Below, in pieces: positions 55,855-64,000 of a DNA stretch of 64,000 nt. The DNA comes from Leptothrix sp. (in: b-proteobacteria) (GTDB lineage: Bacteria; Pseudomonadota; Gammaproteobacteria; Burkholderiales; Burkholderiaceae_C): contig PNKV01000013.1 of NCBI GenBank assembly GCA_013822685.1, positions 13,095-77,094 of the forward strand, written 5' to 3'. Positions within the stretch are counted from its first letter, which is position 1; the number at the start of each line of letters is the position of its first letter. Under the pieces are notes generated by a model that was not told the origin of the DNA, made no database searches, and saw only the letters and a program-made list of their open reading frames with translations. Both the position numbers and the translations under genes were made by a program.

Positions 55855-56030
55855 ACCACTAAGCGGGGTCGTGAGTGACCTCCCTGTTCATACGCTGGCA
55901 TAAAGCATGCATCCGAGGTTGGCTCGGGAGACATGTCGTGACCAGCCAACTTGAACGGCGCTTGCAGCCCCGCTCTCTGCCAGACACCTTCACCCGGATT
56001 GAAATTACCCGGGTGAATGCACGCGTGCCC

Positions 56031-56156
56031 ATGAACCGTGCGGAGCAACGCCTCGCCTTGCTCATCTGGGTTTGCTCCATTTGCATTGCCTTGCTGGCGC
56101 TGTCTGAAGTCATTGAACTGGCATGTCGGCTTTTCAACGCTTTTGCCCAGCAATGA
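56031..56156 (+). CDS. Possible 41-aa single-TM peptide (longer form would start at 55875)
   Basis: MNRAEQRLALLIWVCSICIALLALSEVIELACRLFNAFAQQ; no clear RBS. Confidence 0.3.
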   Translation: MNRAEQRLALLIWVCSICIALLALSEVIELACRLFNAFAQQ

Positions 56157-56178
56157 ACGATGGAGGACGTGAATGCTG

Positions 56179-56219
56179 AAAAAGAAAAACCCCCTAAGAG
56201 AACCAGTCTCATAGGGGGT
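56179..56219 (-). terminator. Intrinsic terminator after tRNA-Ser
   Basis: ACCCCCTA/TAGGGGGT stem with inner GAGA/TCTC, then TTTTCTTTTT on the minus strand. Confidence 0.75.
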
Positions 56220-56229
56220 GTTCTGTTTT

Positions 56230-56320
56230 TGGCGGAGATGGAGGGATTCGAACCCTCGATACGCTTTTGGCGTATGCTCCCTTAGCAGGGGAGTACCTTC
56301 GACCACTCGGCCACATCTCC
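56230..56320 (-). tRNA. tRNA-Ser (anticodon GCT)
   Basis: GGAGATG acceptor, CTCCC-CTGCTAA-GGGAG anticodon arm, long variable arm ATACGCCAAAAGCGTAT, GGTTCGAATCC, CCA; TATAAT upstream at 56338-33. Confidence 0.97.
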
Positions 56321-56414
56321 AGCACAACTAGCATTATAGCCGCGAAACCGCGCCAGCCTTGATGCTGCTCTTAAAAACAGCCCTCAAAACAACGGCGCGT
56401 TCACCGCCTTGGCA

Positions 56415-57674
56415 TCAAGCCGCGCGAGCTTCTTCCAGGCCAAAGGCCTTGTGCAAGGCACGCACCGCCAGCTCCATGTACTTCTCGTCAATCACGACCG
56501 AGGTCTTGATCTCGCTGGTGGTGATCATCTGGATGTTGATGCTCTCTTCTGACAGGCAGCGGAACATCGTGCTGGCGATGCCCACGTGGCTGCGCATGCC
56601 GATGCCCACGATGCTGACCTTGCAGATCTTGGGGTCGCCCACCACTTGCTGCGCGCCCAAAGCCGGCACCACCTTGGTTTCCAGCAACTCCATCGTGCGC
56701 GCGTAATCGTTGCGGTGCACGGTGAACGAGAAGTCGGTCTTGCCATCGTGCGACACGTTCTGGATGATCACGTCCACGTCGATGTTGGCCTCGGCCACTT
56801 TGCCCAGGATCTGGTAGGCGATGCCGGGGGTGTCGGGCACGCCGACCACGGTGATTTTGGCTTCGTCGCGATTGAAAGCGATGCCAGAGACAACGGCTTG
56901 TTCCATTTTTTCATCTTCCTCAAAACTGATCAGCGTGCCCGATGCGGCTTCCACATCGAGGTCAATGTCCCAGGGGGTGAAGCTGGACAAAACGCGAAGC
57001 GGCACGCGGTACTTGCCGGCAAACTCAACGGAACGGATCTGCAGCACCTTGGAGCCCAGGCTGGCCATCTCCAGCATCTCTTCAAAGCTGATGCTGTTCA
57101 GGCGGCGCGCCTCAGGGACCACGCGCGGGTCAGTGGTGTACACACCGTCCACGTCCGTGTAGATCAGGCATTCGTCGGCCTTCATGGCAGCGGCAATTGC
57201 CACAGCCGATGTGTCCGAACCACCCCGACCCAGCGTCGTGATGTGGCCGTTGGGATCGACACCCTGGAAGCCAGTGATGACCACCACTTTACCCGCGGCC
57301 AAGTCGGCGCGCACGCGAACATCGTCGATGCTTTCGATGCGGGCCTTGCCGAAGGACGAATCGGTTTTGATGGGCACCTGCCAACCAGCGTAGCTCACCG
57401 ACTCCAGGCCTTCGGCCTGCAGCGCGATGGCCAGCAAGCCCACGGACACCTGTTCGCCCGTGGAGGCGATCATGTCGAGTTCGCGGGGGCTGGCGCGGTC
57501 GGAGATTTCCTTGGCCAGGCCGAGCAGGCGATTGGTGTCGCCGCTCATGGCCGAGGGCACGACCACCAGTTGGTGGCCAGCACGCACCCACTTGGCCACG
57601 CGCTTGGCGACGTTGCGGATGCGCTCCGTGGAGCCCATCGACGTGCCGCCGTATTTGTGAACGATCAGTGCCAT
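56415..57674 (-). CDS. lysC: Aspartate kinase
   Basis: VHKYGGTSMG, TTLGRGGSDTSA, DVDGVYT.DPR, two ACT domains. Confidence 0.96.
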   Translation of the reverse strand: MALIVHKYGGTSMGSTERIRNVAKRVAKWVRAGHQLVVVPSAMSGDTNRLLGLAKEISDRASPRELDMIASTGEQVSVGLLAIALQAEGLESVSYAGWQVPIKTDSSFGKARIESIDDVRVRADLAAGKVVVITGFQGVDPNGHITTLGRGGSDTSAVAIAAAMKADECLIYTDVDGVYTTDPRVVPEARRLNSISFEEMLEMASLGSKVLQIRSVEFAGKYRVPLRVLSSFTPWDIDLDVEAASGTLISFEEDEKMEQAVVSGIAFNRDEAKITVVGVPDTPGIAYQILGKVAEANIDVDVIIQNVSHDGKTDFSFTVHRNDYARTMELLETKVVPALGAQQVVGDPKICKVSIVGIGMRSHVGIASTMFRCLSEESINIQMITTSEIKTSVVIDEKYMELAVRALHKAFGLEEARAA

Positions 57675-57769
57675 GTCAGATGAAGTTGTAGGGTAACGAT
57701 TTACTCGGTCGAGCCTTCGATTTTAGCCCGTTCGGCCAGCGCAGCCCCGCCTCGCGTGATCGAGACACG

Positions 57770-59131
57770 TTAAATTGTCAGATTGGGCACCCAAATCAGG
57801 GTGACTTGGGCCTCACCAGGGCCGGCCAACGCACGCGCATCCACCCCCAAGCCCCGAGCGAACACCAATTGGTCTTGGGCAAACACCAGGGGCCCCGCGC
57901 GCTCCCACTCGGGCACGGCCTGCGACTGAAACTGCTTGCGCAAGGCCCGCGAAGGCCGGCCAGGGCCAAGCTGAAAATCTTCGCCACCTTGGCGAGCCCG
58001 GATGTCGACCTGTGCCAGGCGTGACAAGGCCACGCCGCCTTGATCGACCACCGACACCACCAACTCACCGCCCCACTGCGGCAAGGCATACCGCGCGGGC
58101 CCATCAATGTTCAGCAGCACCGTGGGGCACGCCTCGTCACCAGACGACGGCCGGGCCAGCACGGCCGGGCGGCAAATCAACACCCCTCGGTACAGGCAGA
58201 CATCGAAAGCGCCCGCCCGCCATTGGATGGACCGGCCGGTGTCCACCAATGCCGGCAACTCCTGGGTCAGGCGCGCCACCGAACTGGCTGGCAGATGCCG
58301 ATCGGTGCACGTGGTGAACCAGTGCCGCAGCAACTCCCGCTGGTGCGGCAAAGGCAAGGCCAGCAAGGCTGGTGCGCTCAAGGCATCTCTTTGGCCTGAC
58401 ACCAACAAGGGGGCCAAGGACTGCGCCAGCCAGTCATCCAGGCAAGCGCGGGCATCGGCAGCCCTGGCGGCAGACTGCGCCAAAGACACTTCGGCTTGCT
58501 CGAACGCAGAGGCCAAGGCCGGCCAGACCGTTAACCGGACGCGGTTGCGGGCGAAGCGTGGATCGGCATTGCTGTCGTCTTCCACATGGCTGAGGCCATG
58601 CTGCGCCACATAGGCTTCGATGGCACGCCTTGGGTGCGCCAGCCATGGCCGCGCCCAGCAAATGCCATGGCGATCAACCGTTGCAGGCATGGCCGACAAA
58701 CCGGCAATCCCCGCCCCACGAAGCGCTTGCAGCAAAAAGGTTTCGGCCTGATCACGGCGGTGGTGGGCCAACAGCACGGTGTCCGCACCCACCTCGTTGG
58801 CCATCTCGGCCAGGGCCTGGTAGCGCCCTTCACGCGCCAAGGCTTCAACGCTGTCACCCGGGTTCTGATCCAGCTTGAGCCGGCGCCACGCCAGGCTGAC
58901 TGGAAGGCCTTGCCTCGCCCAGGCCTCGCATTGCGCCTGGGCATGCGCCAGCCACTCGTCAGCGTGCGCGCTCAAGCCGTGGTGCACATGCAGGGCCACC
59001 ACCCGCAAGCCGGGTTGCTCAAGGGCGGCCACGGCGGTGGCGTGCAGCAAGGCCGTGGAATCGCGGCCGCCGCTGTAAGCCACGGCAATGGCATGGCCGC
59101 CGTGCTCGTCAACGGCGCCCATGGCGCTCAA
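57770..59131 (-). CDS. tilS: tRNA(Ile)-lysidine synthetase
   Basis: [30 protein letters not shown]. Confidence 0.94.
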   Translation of the reverse strand: MSAMGAVDEHGGHAIAVAYSGGRDSTALLHATAVAALEQPGLRVVALHVHHGLSAHADEWLAHAQAQCEAWARQGLPVSLAWRRLKLDQNPGDSVEALAREGRYQALAEMANEVGADTVLLAHHRRDQAETFLLQALRGAGIAGLSAMPATVDRHGICWARPWLAHPRRAIEAYVAQHGLSHVEDDSNADPRFARNRVRLTVWPALASAFEQAEVSLAQSAARAADARACLDDWLAQSLAPLLVSGQRDALSAPALLALPLPHQRELLRHWFTTCTDRHLPASSVARLTQELPALVDTGRSIQWRAGAFDVCLYRGVLICRPAVLARPSSGDEACPTVLLNIDGPARYALPQWGGELVVSVVDQGGVALSRLAQVDIRARQGGEDFQLGPGRPSRALRKQFQSQAVPEWERAGPLVFAQDQLVFARGLGVDARALAGPGEAQVTLIWVPNLTI

Positions 59132-60099
59132 TGCTCTTTGGTGTCGTTGTAGCGGCCGTAGCTTTGCAGGCGGTCATACCGTTGCTGCAACAGCTCTTTG
59201 ACCTTCAGGTCGCTGAGTTGGCGCATGGCATCGTTCAAGGCACGCTTGAGGTTGGCCGCCGCCTGCTTGTGATCGCGGTGTGCGCCGCCCACCGGCTCGC
59301 TGACGATCTTGTCGACCAGGCCCAAGGCCTTCAGGCGGTGTGCCGTGATGCCCAGTGCCTCGGCCGCTTCTTCGGCGCGGTCAGAGGTCTTCCACAAGAT
59401 GGAGGCGCAGCCCTCGGGCGAGATCACCGAGTACACCGAGTACTGCAGCATCAACACCTGGTCGGCCACGCTGATGGCCAATGCGCCGCCCGAACCACCT
59501 TCACCGATGATGGTGGTGATGATGGGCACCTCCAAGCGAGCCATCTCGAAGATGTTGCGCCCAATGGCTTCAGACTGGTTGCGCTCTTCAGCGCCAATAC
59601 CGGGATAAGCGCCCGGCGTGTCAACGAACGTGAACACCGGCAGGCTGAACTTTTCGGCCACTTGCATCAGGCGCAAGGCCTTGCGGTAGCCCTCGGGGCG
59701 CGACATGCCAAAGTTGCGCATGGCACGCTCTTTGGTATCACGGCCCTTTTGGTGGCCCAGCACCATGCAGGCCTGGCCGTTGAAACGCGCCAGACCGCCC
59801 ACGATGGACAGGTCGTCCGCGTAGTGGCGGTCACCGTGCAACTCCTGAAAATCGGTGAACAGTTCGTTGACGTAGTCCAACGTGTAAGGCCGCTGCGGGT
59901 GCCGCGCGATCTGGGTCACCTGCCAAGGCGTCAGGCTGGAATACACGTCCTTGGTCAGCTGCAGGCTTTTCTTGCTCAGCCGCTCGATCTCTTCGGAGAT
60001 GTCCACGGCTGATTCGCTTTGCACGTAGCGCAGCTCTTCGATCTTGCTTTCAAGCTCCGCGATCGGTTGCTCGAATTCCAGAAAATGTCGTTTGCTCAT
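59128..60099 (-). CDS. accA: Acetyl-CoA carboxylase carboxyltransferase alpha subunit
   Basis: [43 protein letters not shown]. Confidence 0.98.
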   Translation of the reverse strand: MSKRHFLEFEQPIAELESKIEELRYVQSESAVDISEEIERLSKKSLQLTKDVYSSLTPWQVTQIARHPQRPYTLDYVNELFTDFQELHGDRHYADDLSIVGGLARFNGQACMVLGHQKGRDTKERAMRNFGMSRPEGYRKALRLMQVAEKFSLPVFTFVDTPGAYPGIGAEERNQSEAIGRNIFEMARLEVPIITTIIGEGGSGGALAISVADQVLMLQYSVYSVISPEGCASILWKTSDRAEEAAEALGITAHRLKALGLVDKIVSEPVGGAHRDHKQAAANLKRALNDAMRQLSDLKVKELLQQRYDRLQSYGRYNDTKEH

Positions 60100-60132
60100 G
60101 GCAGGTTGTCCTCGGTCACGCGCAACAGGTTT

Positions 60133-60837
60133 TTATGACGCTGCAGGCAGCGGGTCAAGGCTGCGCCACAGATACCACGTTCCCACTGTGCGATAGGGGG
60201 CCCAGGCTTCCGCGATGTCACGCGCTTCTGCACGCGACACGGGTTCGCCGCTGAAATAGCTCTGGCTGATCGCCTTGATCAGGATGGTGTCGTCCAGCGG
60301 CAGCACATTGGGCCGCATGAGGTGAAAAATCAGGAACATTTCGGCGGTCCAGCGGCCAATGCCGCGGATGTCCACCAGTTCCTCGATGATGGTCTCGTCT
60401 TCCATGCGCTCCCAATGGCTCACATGGACGCGGCCTTCGGCGAAGTGCTTCGCCAGGTCTTGCAGGTATTCGGCCTTGCGGGCCGACAATCCCGCCGTGC
60501 GAAGCTGGTCAACGCCCATGGCCAGCACTGCCTGCACCGACAAAGGGGCGCGCGATTCGGGCGGCTGCTGCCCCATCAAGGTCAACAAACGCTCCCAGAC
60601 CAACTGCGCCGACTTGGGCGAAATCTGCTGCCCCACGATGGAGCGCGCCAGGGTGGTGAAGGCATCGCGCCGGCTGTAAAGGCGGCCCTCGCCATAGTCG
60701 GCCACCAGTTTGCGCATGACGCGGTCGCGCTTGGACAGGTGCTTGCAGGCCTCATCCCAGTAGGGGGGCGTGACCAAAGCGGCTGGCAGCGGCACGGAGG
60801 TGGCATCCACCGCCGAAAAAGAAGCTGAGGACGGCAT
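60133..60837 (-). CDS. alkA: DNA-3-methyladenine glycosylase II family (HhH-GPD)
   Basis: IVGQQIS, GLSARK, IRGIGRWTAEMFL.F, W.PYRT; TGATG coupling with cysS. Confidence 0.88.
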   Translation of the reverse strand: MPSSASFSAVDATSVPLPAALVTPPYWDEACKHLSKRDRVMRKLVADYGEGRLYSRRDAFTTLARSIVGQQISPKSAQLVWERLLTLMGQQPPESRAPLSVQAVLAMGVDQLRTAGLSARKAEYLQDLAKHFAEGRVHVSHWERMEDETIIEELVDIRGIGRWTAEMFLIFHLMRPNVLPLDDTILIKAISQSYFSGEPVSRAEARDIAEAWAPYRTVGTWYLWRSLDPLPAAS

Positions 60838-62240
60838 CAGGCTTTCACCCATGTCGTGCCCTGTGGGCTGTCTTTCAACACAATGCCTTGCTGGGCAAGC
60901 TCGTCCCGGATGCGGTCGGATTCTGCAAAGTTCCGGGCTTGTTTGGCGGCTGTGCGGGCCTCGATCAAGGCCTCGATGGCCGAGGCCTCCAGGCCACCCG
61001 ATTCGCCGCCGCCCTGCATGTACGCTTGGGGCGATTGCTGAAGCAAGCCCAGCACGCCGCCCAGGGCTTTGAGCAAGGACGCGGCTTCAACCGAGCCCGA
61101 ACGATTCACTTCCGCCGCCAGATCGAACAGCACCGCCACCGCGATGGGGGTGGTGAAGTCCTCGTCCATCGCCGCTTTGAAACGCGCGGCCTGGGGATGG
61201 GCCCAATCGATGTCGATGGCGGGCACATCGGCCACGGTGCCCAACGCGGTGTACAGGCGACGCAAGCCATTGCGGGCGTCGTCCAGGCCGGCATCGCTGT
61301 AATTGAAGGGGCTGCGGTAATGCGTGCGCAGCATGAAGAAGCGCACCGTTTCGCCGTCGAAGCTCTTGAGCACGTCGCGGATGGTGAAGAAGTTGCCCAG
61401 CGACTTGGACATCTTCTCGTTGTCCACGTTCAAGAAGCCGTTGTGCATCCAGTAATTGACAAACTGTTTGCCATTGGCACCTTCGCTTTGCGCGATCTCG
61501 TTCTCATGGTGGGGGAACTGCAAATCCAGCCCACCACCATGGATGTCGAATTGCTCACCCAGCAGCGAGCACGCCATGGCCGAGCACTCGATGTGCCAAC
61601 CCGGGCGGCCGGCGCCATAAGACGACTCGTACTTCGCATCCTGCGGCTCGTCAGGCTTGGCGGCTTTCCAAAGAACGAAGTCCAGCGGATCAAGTTTGCC
61701 ATCGGCGGCGCGGTTGCCAGCACCGTTCAACTCGCGTTCGCCCGCGCGCAGCTGGTCCAGCGATTTGCCCGACAGCTTGCCGTAGCCTTCGAACTTGCGC
61801 ACCGCGTAGTTCACATCGCCATTGATGGCTTGATAAGCCAGGCCATTGGCCTGCAGTTTGCCAATCATGTCGAGCATTTGCGGCACATACTGGGTGGCAC
61901 GCGGCTCATGGGTGGGCGGCTCAATGCCCAGGGCACCGATGTCCTGGTGCATGGCCACCGTCATCTCGTCGGTCAACTGGCGGATCGTGATGCCACGCTC
62001 CACCGCCCGGCGGATGATCTTGTCATCAATGTCCGTGATGTTGCGCACGTAGGTGACCGACAGGCCCGAGGCCCGAAGCCACCGTTGCACCACGTCGAAA
62101 GACATCATCATGCGGGCATGGCCCACGTGACACAGGTCATAAATGGTCATGCCGCACACGTACAAGCCGACCCGGCCCGGAACCAGGGGGACAAACGACT
62201 CGACCTGCCGCGACAGGCTGTTGAAAATACGCAAGCTCAT
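60837..62240 (-). CDS. cysS: Cysteine--tRNA ligase
   Basis: [40 protein letters not shown]. Confidence 0.98.
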   Translation of the reverse strand: MSLRIFNSLSRQVESFVPLVPGRVGLYVCGMTIYDLCHVGHARMMMSFDVVQRWLRASGLSVTYVRNITDIDDKIIRRAVERGITIRQLTDEMTVAMHQDIGALGIEPPTHEPRATQYVPQMLDMIGKLQANGLAYQAINGDVNYAVRKFEGYGKLSGKSLDQLRAGERELNGAGNRAADGKLDPLDFVLWKAAKPDEPQDAKYESSYGAGRPGWHIECSAMACSLLGEQFDIHGGGLDLQFPHHENEIAQSEGANGKQFVNYWMHNGFLNVDNEKMSKSLGNFFTIRDVLKSFDGETVRFFMLRTHYRSPFNYSDAGLDDARNGLRRLYTALGTVADVPAIDIDWAHPQAARFKAAMDEDFTTPIAVAVLFDLAAEVNRSGSVEAASLLKALGGVLGLLQQSPQAYMQGGGESGGLEASAIEALIEARTAAKQARNFAESDRIRDELAQQGIVLKDSPQGTTWVKA

Positions 62241-62524
62241 GGAGACAAATTCTGGTCAAGCGCCCAAGGCCGCATCCGGTGTCGGGCGACACGGGGCATG
62301 CGGCACTTGCGGCAAAGCAACAAGTGCGCGGGGCATGCACGGGCCCCGTCAAACTTGCAACGCTCAGATACAATCCAACGAGTATAGCGGCCCGCCCGCC
62401 ACCCAGGATGACAGTCACTTTTGCACGCCATGGTCGGCTGGTATCCTCGAAAAATGGCAGGCTCTCTCTTGCCGCTTTGTGCGCCCGACACAACCCACAC
62501 AAACCCATCGGATAAATACCACTC

Positions 62525-63586
62525 ATGCAAGCTGTTGCGCCTAAGTTTGGAATCCGCTTCACGGCCACGGCCGCCAAGTGCCTGGCCATTGCCGCCCTGA
62601 CCATGACCGCCGTGGCGGTTCGTGCTGATGAAGTCGGCGATGTTCAAAAACTGCTCTCGGCCGGCAAAAACACCGAAGCCTTGCAGCGTGCCGACCAGTT
62701 CCTGGCCGCCCGGCCGCGTGACCCTATGATGCGTTTCCTGCGGGCCATCAGCCTGTCGCAGGCTGGCCGCATCCCCGAGTCCATCACAGCGTTCACCAAG
62801 CTGACTGAAGACTACCCAGAGCTGCCCGAGCCGTTCAACAACCTCGCCGTGCTTTATGCCCAGCAAGGTCAGTATGACAAGTCGCGCAACGCCCTGGAAA
62901 TGGCGATCCGCACCAATCCCAGCTACGCCACCGCCTACGAAAACCTGGGCGATGTCTATGCCAAGCTGGCCAGCCAGGCTTACTCCAAGGCCCTGCAGAT
63001 CGACACCCGCTCCGCCGTGGCGCCCAAGCTGGCGATGATCCGCGACCTGTTCCCCAAAGAACGTGGTGGCACGGCCGTGGCTGGATTGACCAACAGCAGC
63101 GCCCCTTCGACGACACCCGCCCCCGCGCCGGCCCCTCTGCCTGCGCCAACACCCACCACCAACAAGCCAGCGCCAACGCCCGCACCCGCCCCTGTTGCAG
63201 TCAGCAAGCCCACGCCGCCTGCCCCCGCGCCTGCGGAAGCCAAGGCGGAAGCGGCAGAGCGCGAGGTCGAGTCCGCGCTGCAAGCCTGGGCAACAGCCTG
63301 GAGCAAGAAAGACCTCAACGCCTACTTCGCCGCTTACAGCCGCGATTTCAACGGTGGCAAGTCACGCAAGGCCTGGGAGCAAGAGCGGCGCGAGCGCATC
63401 CAGGGCAAGCGCAACATCTCGGTCAAGCTCTCAAAGATTGACGTGTCCATCAACGGCAACAAGGCCACCGCCCGTTTCCGACAGGATTACAAGGCCGACA
63501 GCCTGGACATCAGCAGCGGCAAACGCGTTGAACTCGTGCGCACCGGCGGTGAATGGGTGATCGTGAAGGAAAGCACCGGTTCGTGA
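62525..63586 (+). CDS. Exported TPR protein with Pro/Ala/Thr linker and C-terminal NTF2-like domain
   Basis: Signal peptide, PELPEPFNNLAVLYA, YATAYENLGDVY, WA.AWS..D...Y. Confidence 0.88.
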   Translation: MQAVAPKFGIRFTATAAKCLAIAALTMTAVAVRADEVGDVQKLLSAGKNTEALQRADQFLAARPRDPMMRFLRAISLSQAGRIPESITAFTKLTEDYPELPEPFNNLAVLYAQQGQYDKSRNALEMAIRTNPSYATAYENLGDVYAKLASQAYSKALQIDTRSAVAPKLAMIRDLFPKERGGTAVAGLTNSSAPSTTPAPAPAPLPAPTPTTNKPAPTPAPAPVAVSKPTPPAPAPAEAKAEAAEREVESALQAWATAWSKKDLNAYFAAYSRDFNGGKSRKAWEQERRERIQGKRNISVKLSKIDVSINGNKATARFRQDYKADSLDISSGKRVELVRTGGEWVIVKESTGS

Positions 63587-64000
63587 TGATTGGTTATTTG
63601 GGCCGACTGCCGCTGCCAGCGGCAAGTCGGCGTTTGTCCATGCTCGTCAAGGGCATGCTGCTGGTGAGCACGATCGCTCTGAGCCTTGCTGGCGCAGGGC
63701 CTGCCCATGCCCTCAAGCCCAAGCCAGCAAACCAGCCCGCCGAAGCGCGCCTGCTTGAGATTTACCGCCTGATCGGCACCGGACAAGGCAAGCTGGCCCT
63801 GAAAAAGGCCCAGACGCTGGTCGAAGAGGTGCCCAATTTCCAGTTGGCCCAACTGGTTTACGGCGACCTGCTTCTGGCCCAAACGGCGCCCCTCAAGGTC
63901 ATGGGCAGCGCGCCTGCCGACCTGACTGAGCGCGCGCCCCAACGCATCGAACAACTGCGCACTGAAGCCGAACGCCGACTCTTCGCCCTTCGCGAGCGTC
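63586..64000 (+). CDS. Probable L,D-transpeptidase family protein, 3'-truncated
   Basis: Open from ATG 63586 (or 63640); EARLLEIYRLI...PNFQLAQLVYGDLL resembles the N-terminus of YkuD-type proteins usually found after this TPR gene; catalytic domain is outside the window. Confidence 0.65.
   Translation, partial: MIGYLGRLPLPAASRRLSMLVKGMLLVSTIALSLAGAGPAHALKPKPANQPAEARLLEIYRLIGTGQGKLALKKAQTLVEEVPNFQLAQLVYGDLLLAQTAPLKVMGSAPADLTERAPQRIEQLRTEAERRLFALRER

Noticed and set aside
55849-55893. ATGAAC...GGGGTC-gtgagt-GACCTCC...GTTCAT hairpin after hmp as an ncRNA or terminator
   Set aside because: No U-tract and no resemblance to an RNA family I recognise; may be only a stabilising 3' stem
63100-63240. 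Repetitive CC(G/T)GC(G/A)CC sequence as a DNA repeat or array
   Set aside because: It encodes the Pro/Ala linker of the TPR protein; no fixed unit or spacers
1-64000. CRISPR arrays, IS elements, prophage, toxin-antitoxin or anti-phage defence genes
   Set aside because: No regular repeat-spacer pattern and no transposase, integrase, phage or defence-type motifs found in the ORFs

Overview
GC-rich, apparently core-chromosomal window from a Burkholderiales-like betaproteobacterium (inferred from gene content). I saw no mobile element or CRISPR array. In order it contains: a response regulator and a permease-fused hybrid sensor kinase divergent from a split urease cluster (ureA-ureJ-ureB-ureC, DUF72, a scrambled Fe3+-type ABC transporter, ureEFG); tRNA-Arg(CCT); eutBC; a cation:proton antiporter; an atypical class A PBP; a glgC-glgX-treZ-(malQ::treY)-glgA operon; a TetR-SDR-MFS unit; DUF2239; an ECF42-like sigma cluster; alpha-2-macroglobulin-pbpC; GST/PNPOx/LysR; ecsC; norR-hmp; tRNA-Ser(GCT); and housekeeping genes (aspartate kinase, tilS, accA, alkA-like, cysS, TPR, probable L,D-transpeptidase). 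The most interesting signals are regulatory and were read by eye. (1) Two face-to-face sigma54-type promoters lie between the sensor kinase and ureA, with an NtrC-type site downstream of ureA. (2) Correctly placed sigma54-type promoters precede four genes unrelated to nitrogen assimilation (antiporter, glgC operon, an 83-aa unknown gene, ecsC), suggesting a sigma54 stress/storage regulon. (3) DUF2239 has a leaderless promoter flanked by two ACCCGG(A/G)TAAA boxes, consistent with an uncharacterised ribbon-helix-helix autorepressor. All regulatory calls are untested predictions.
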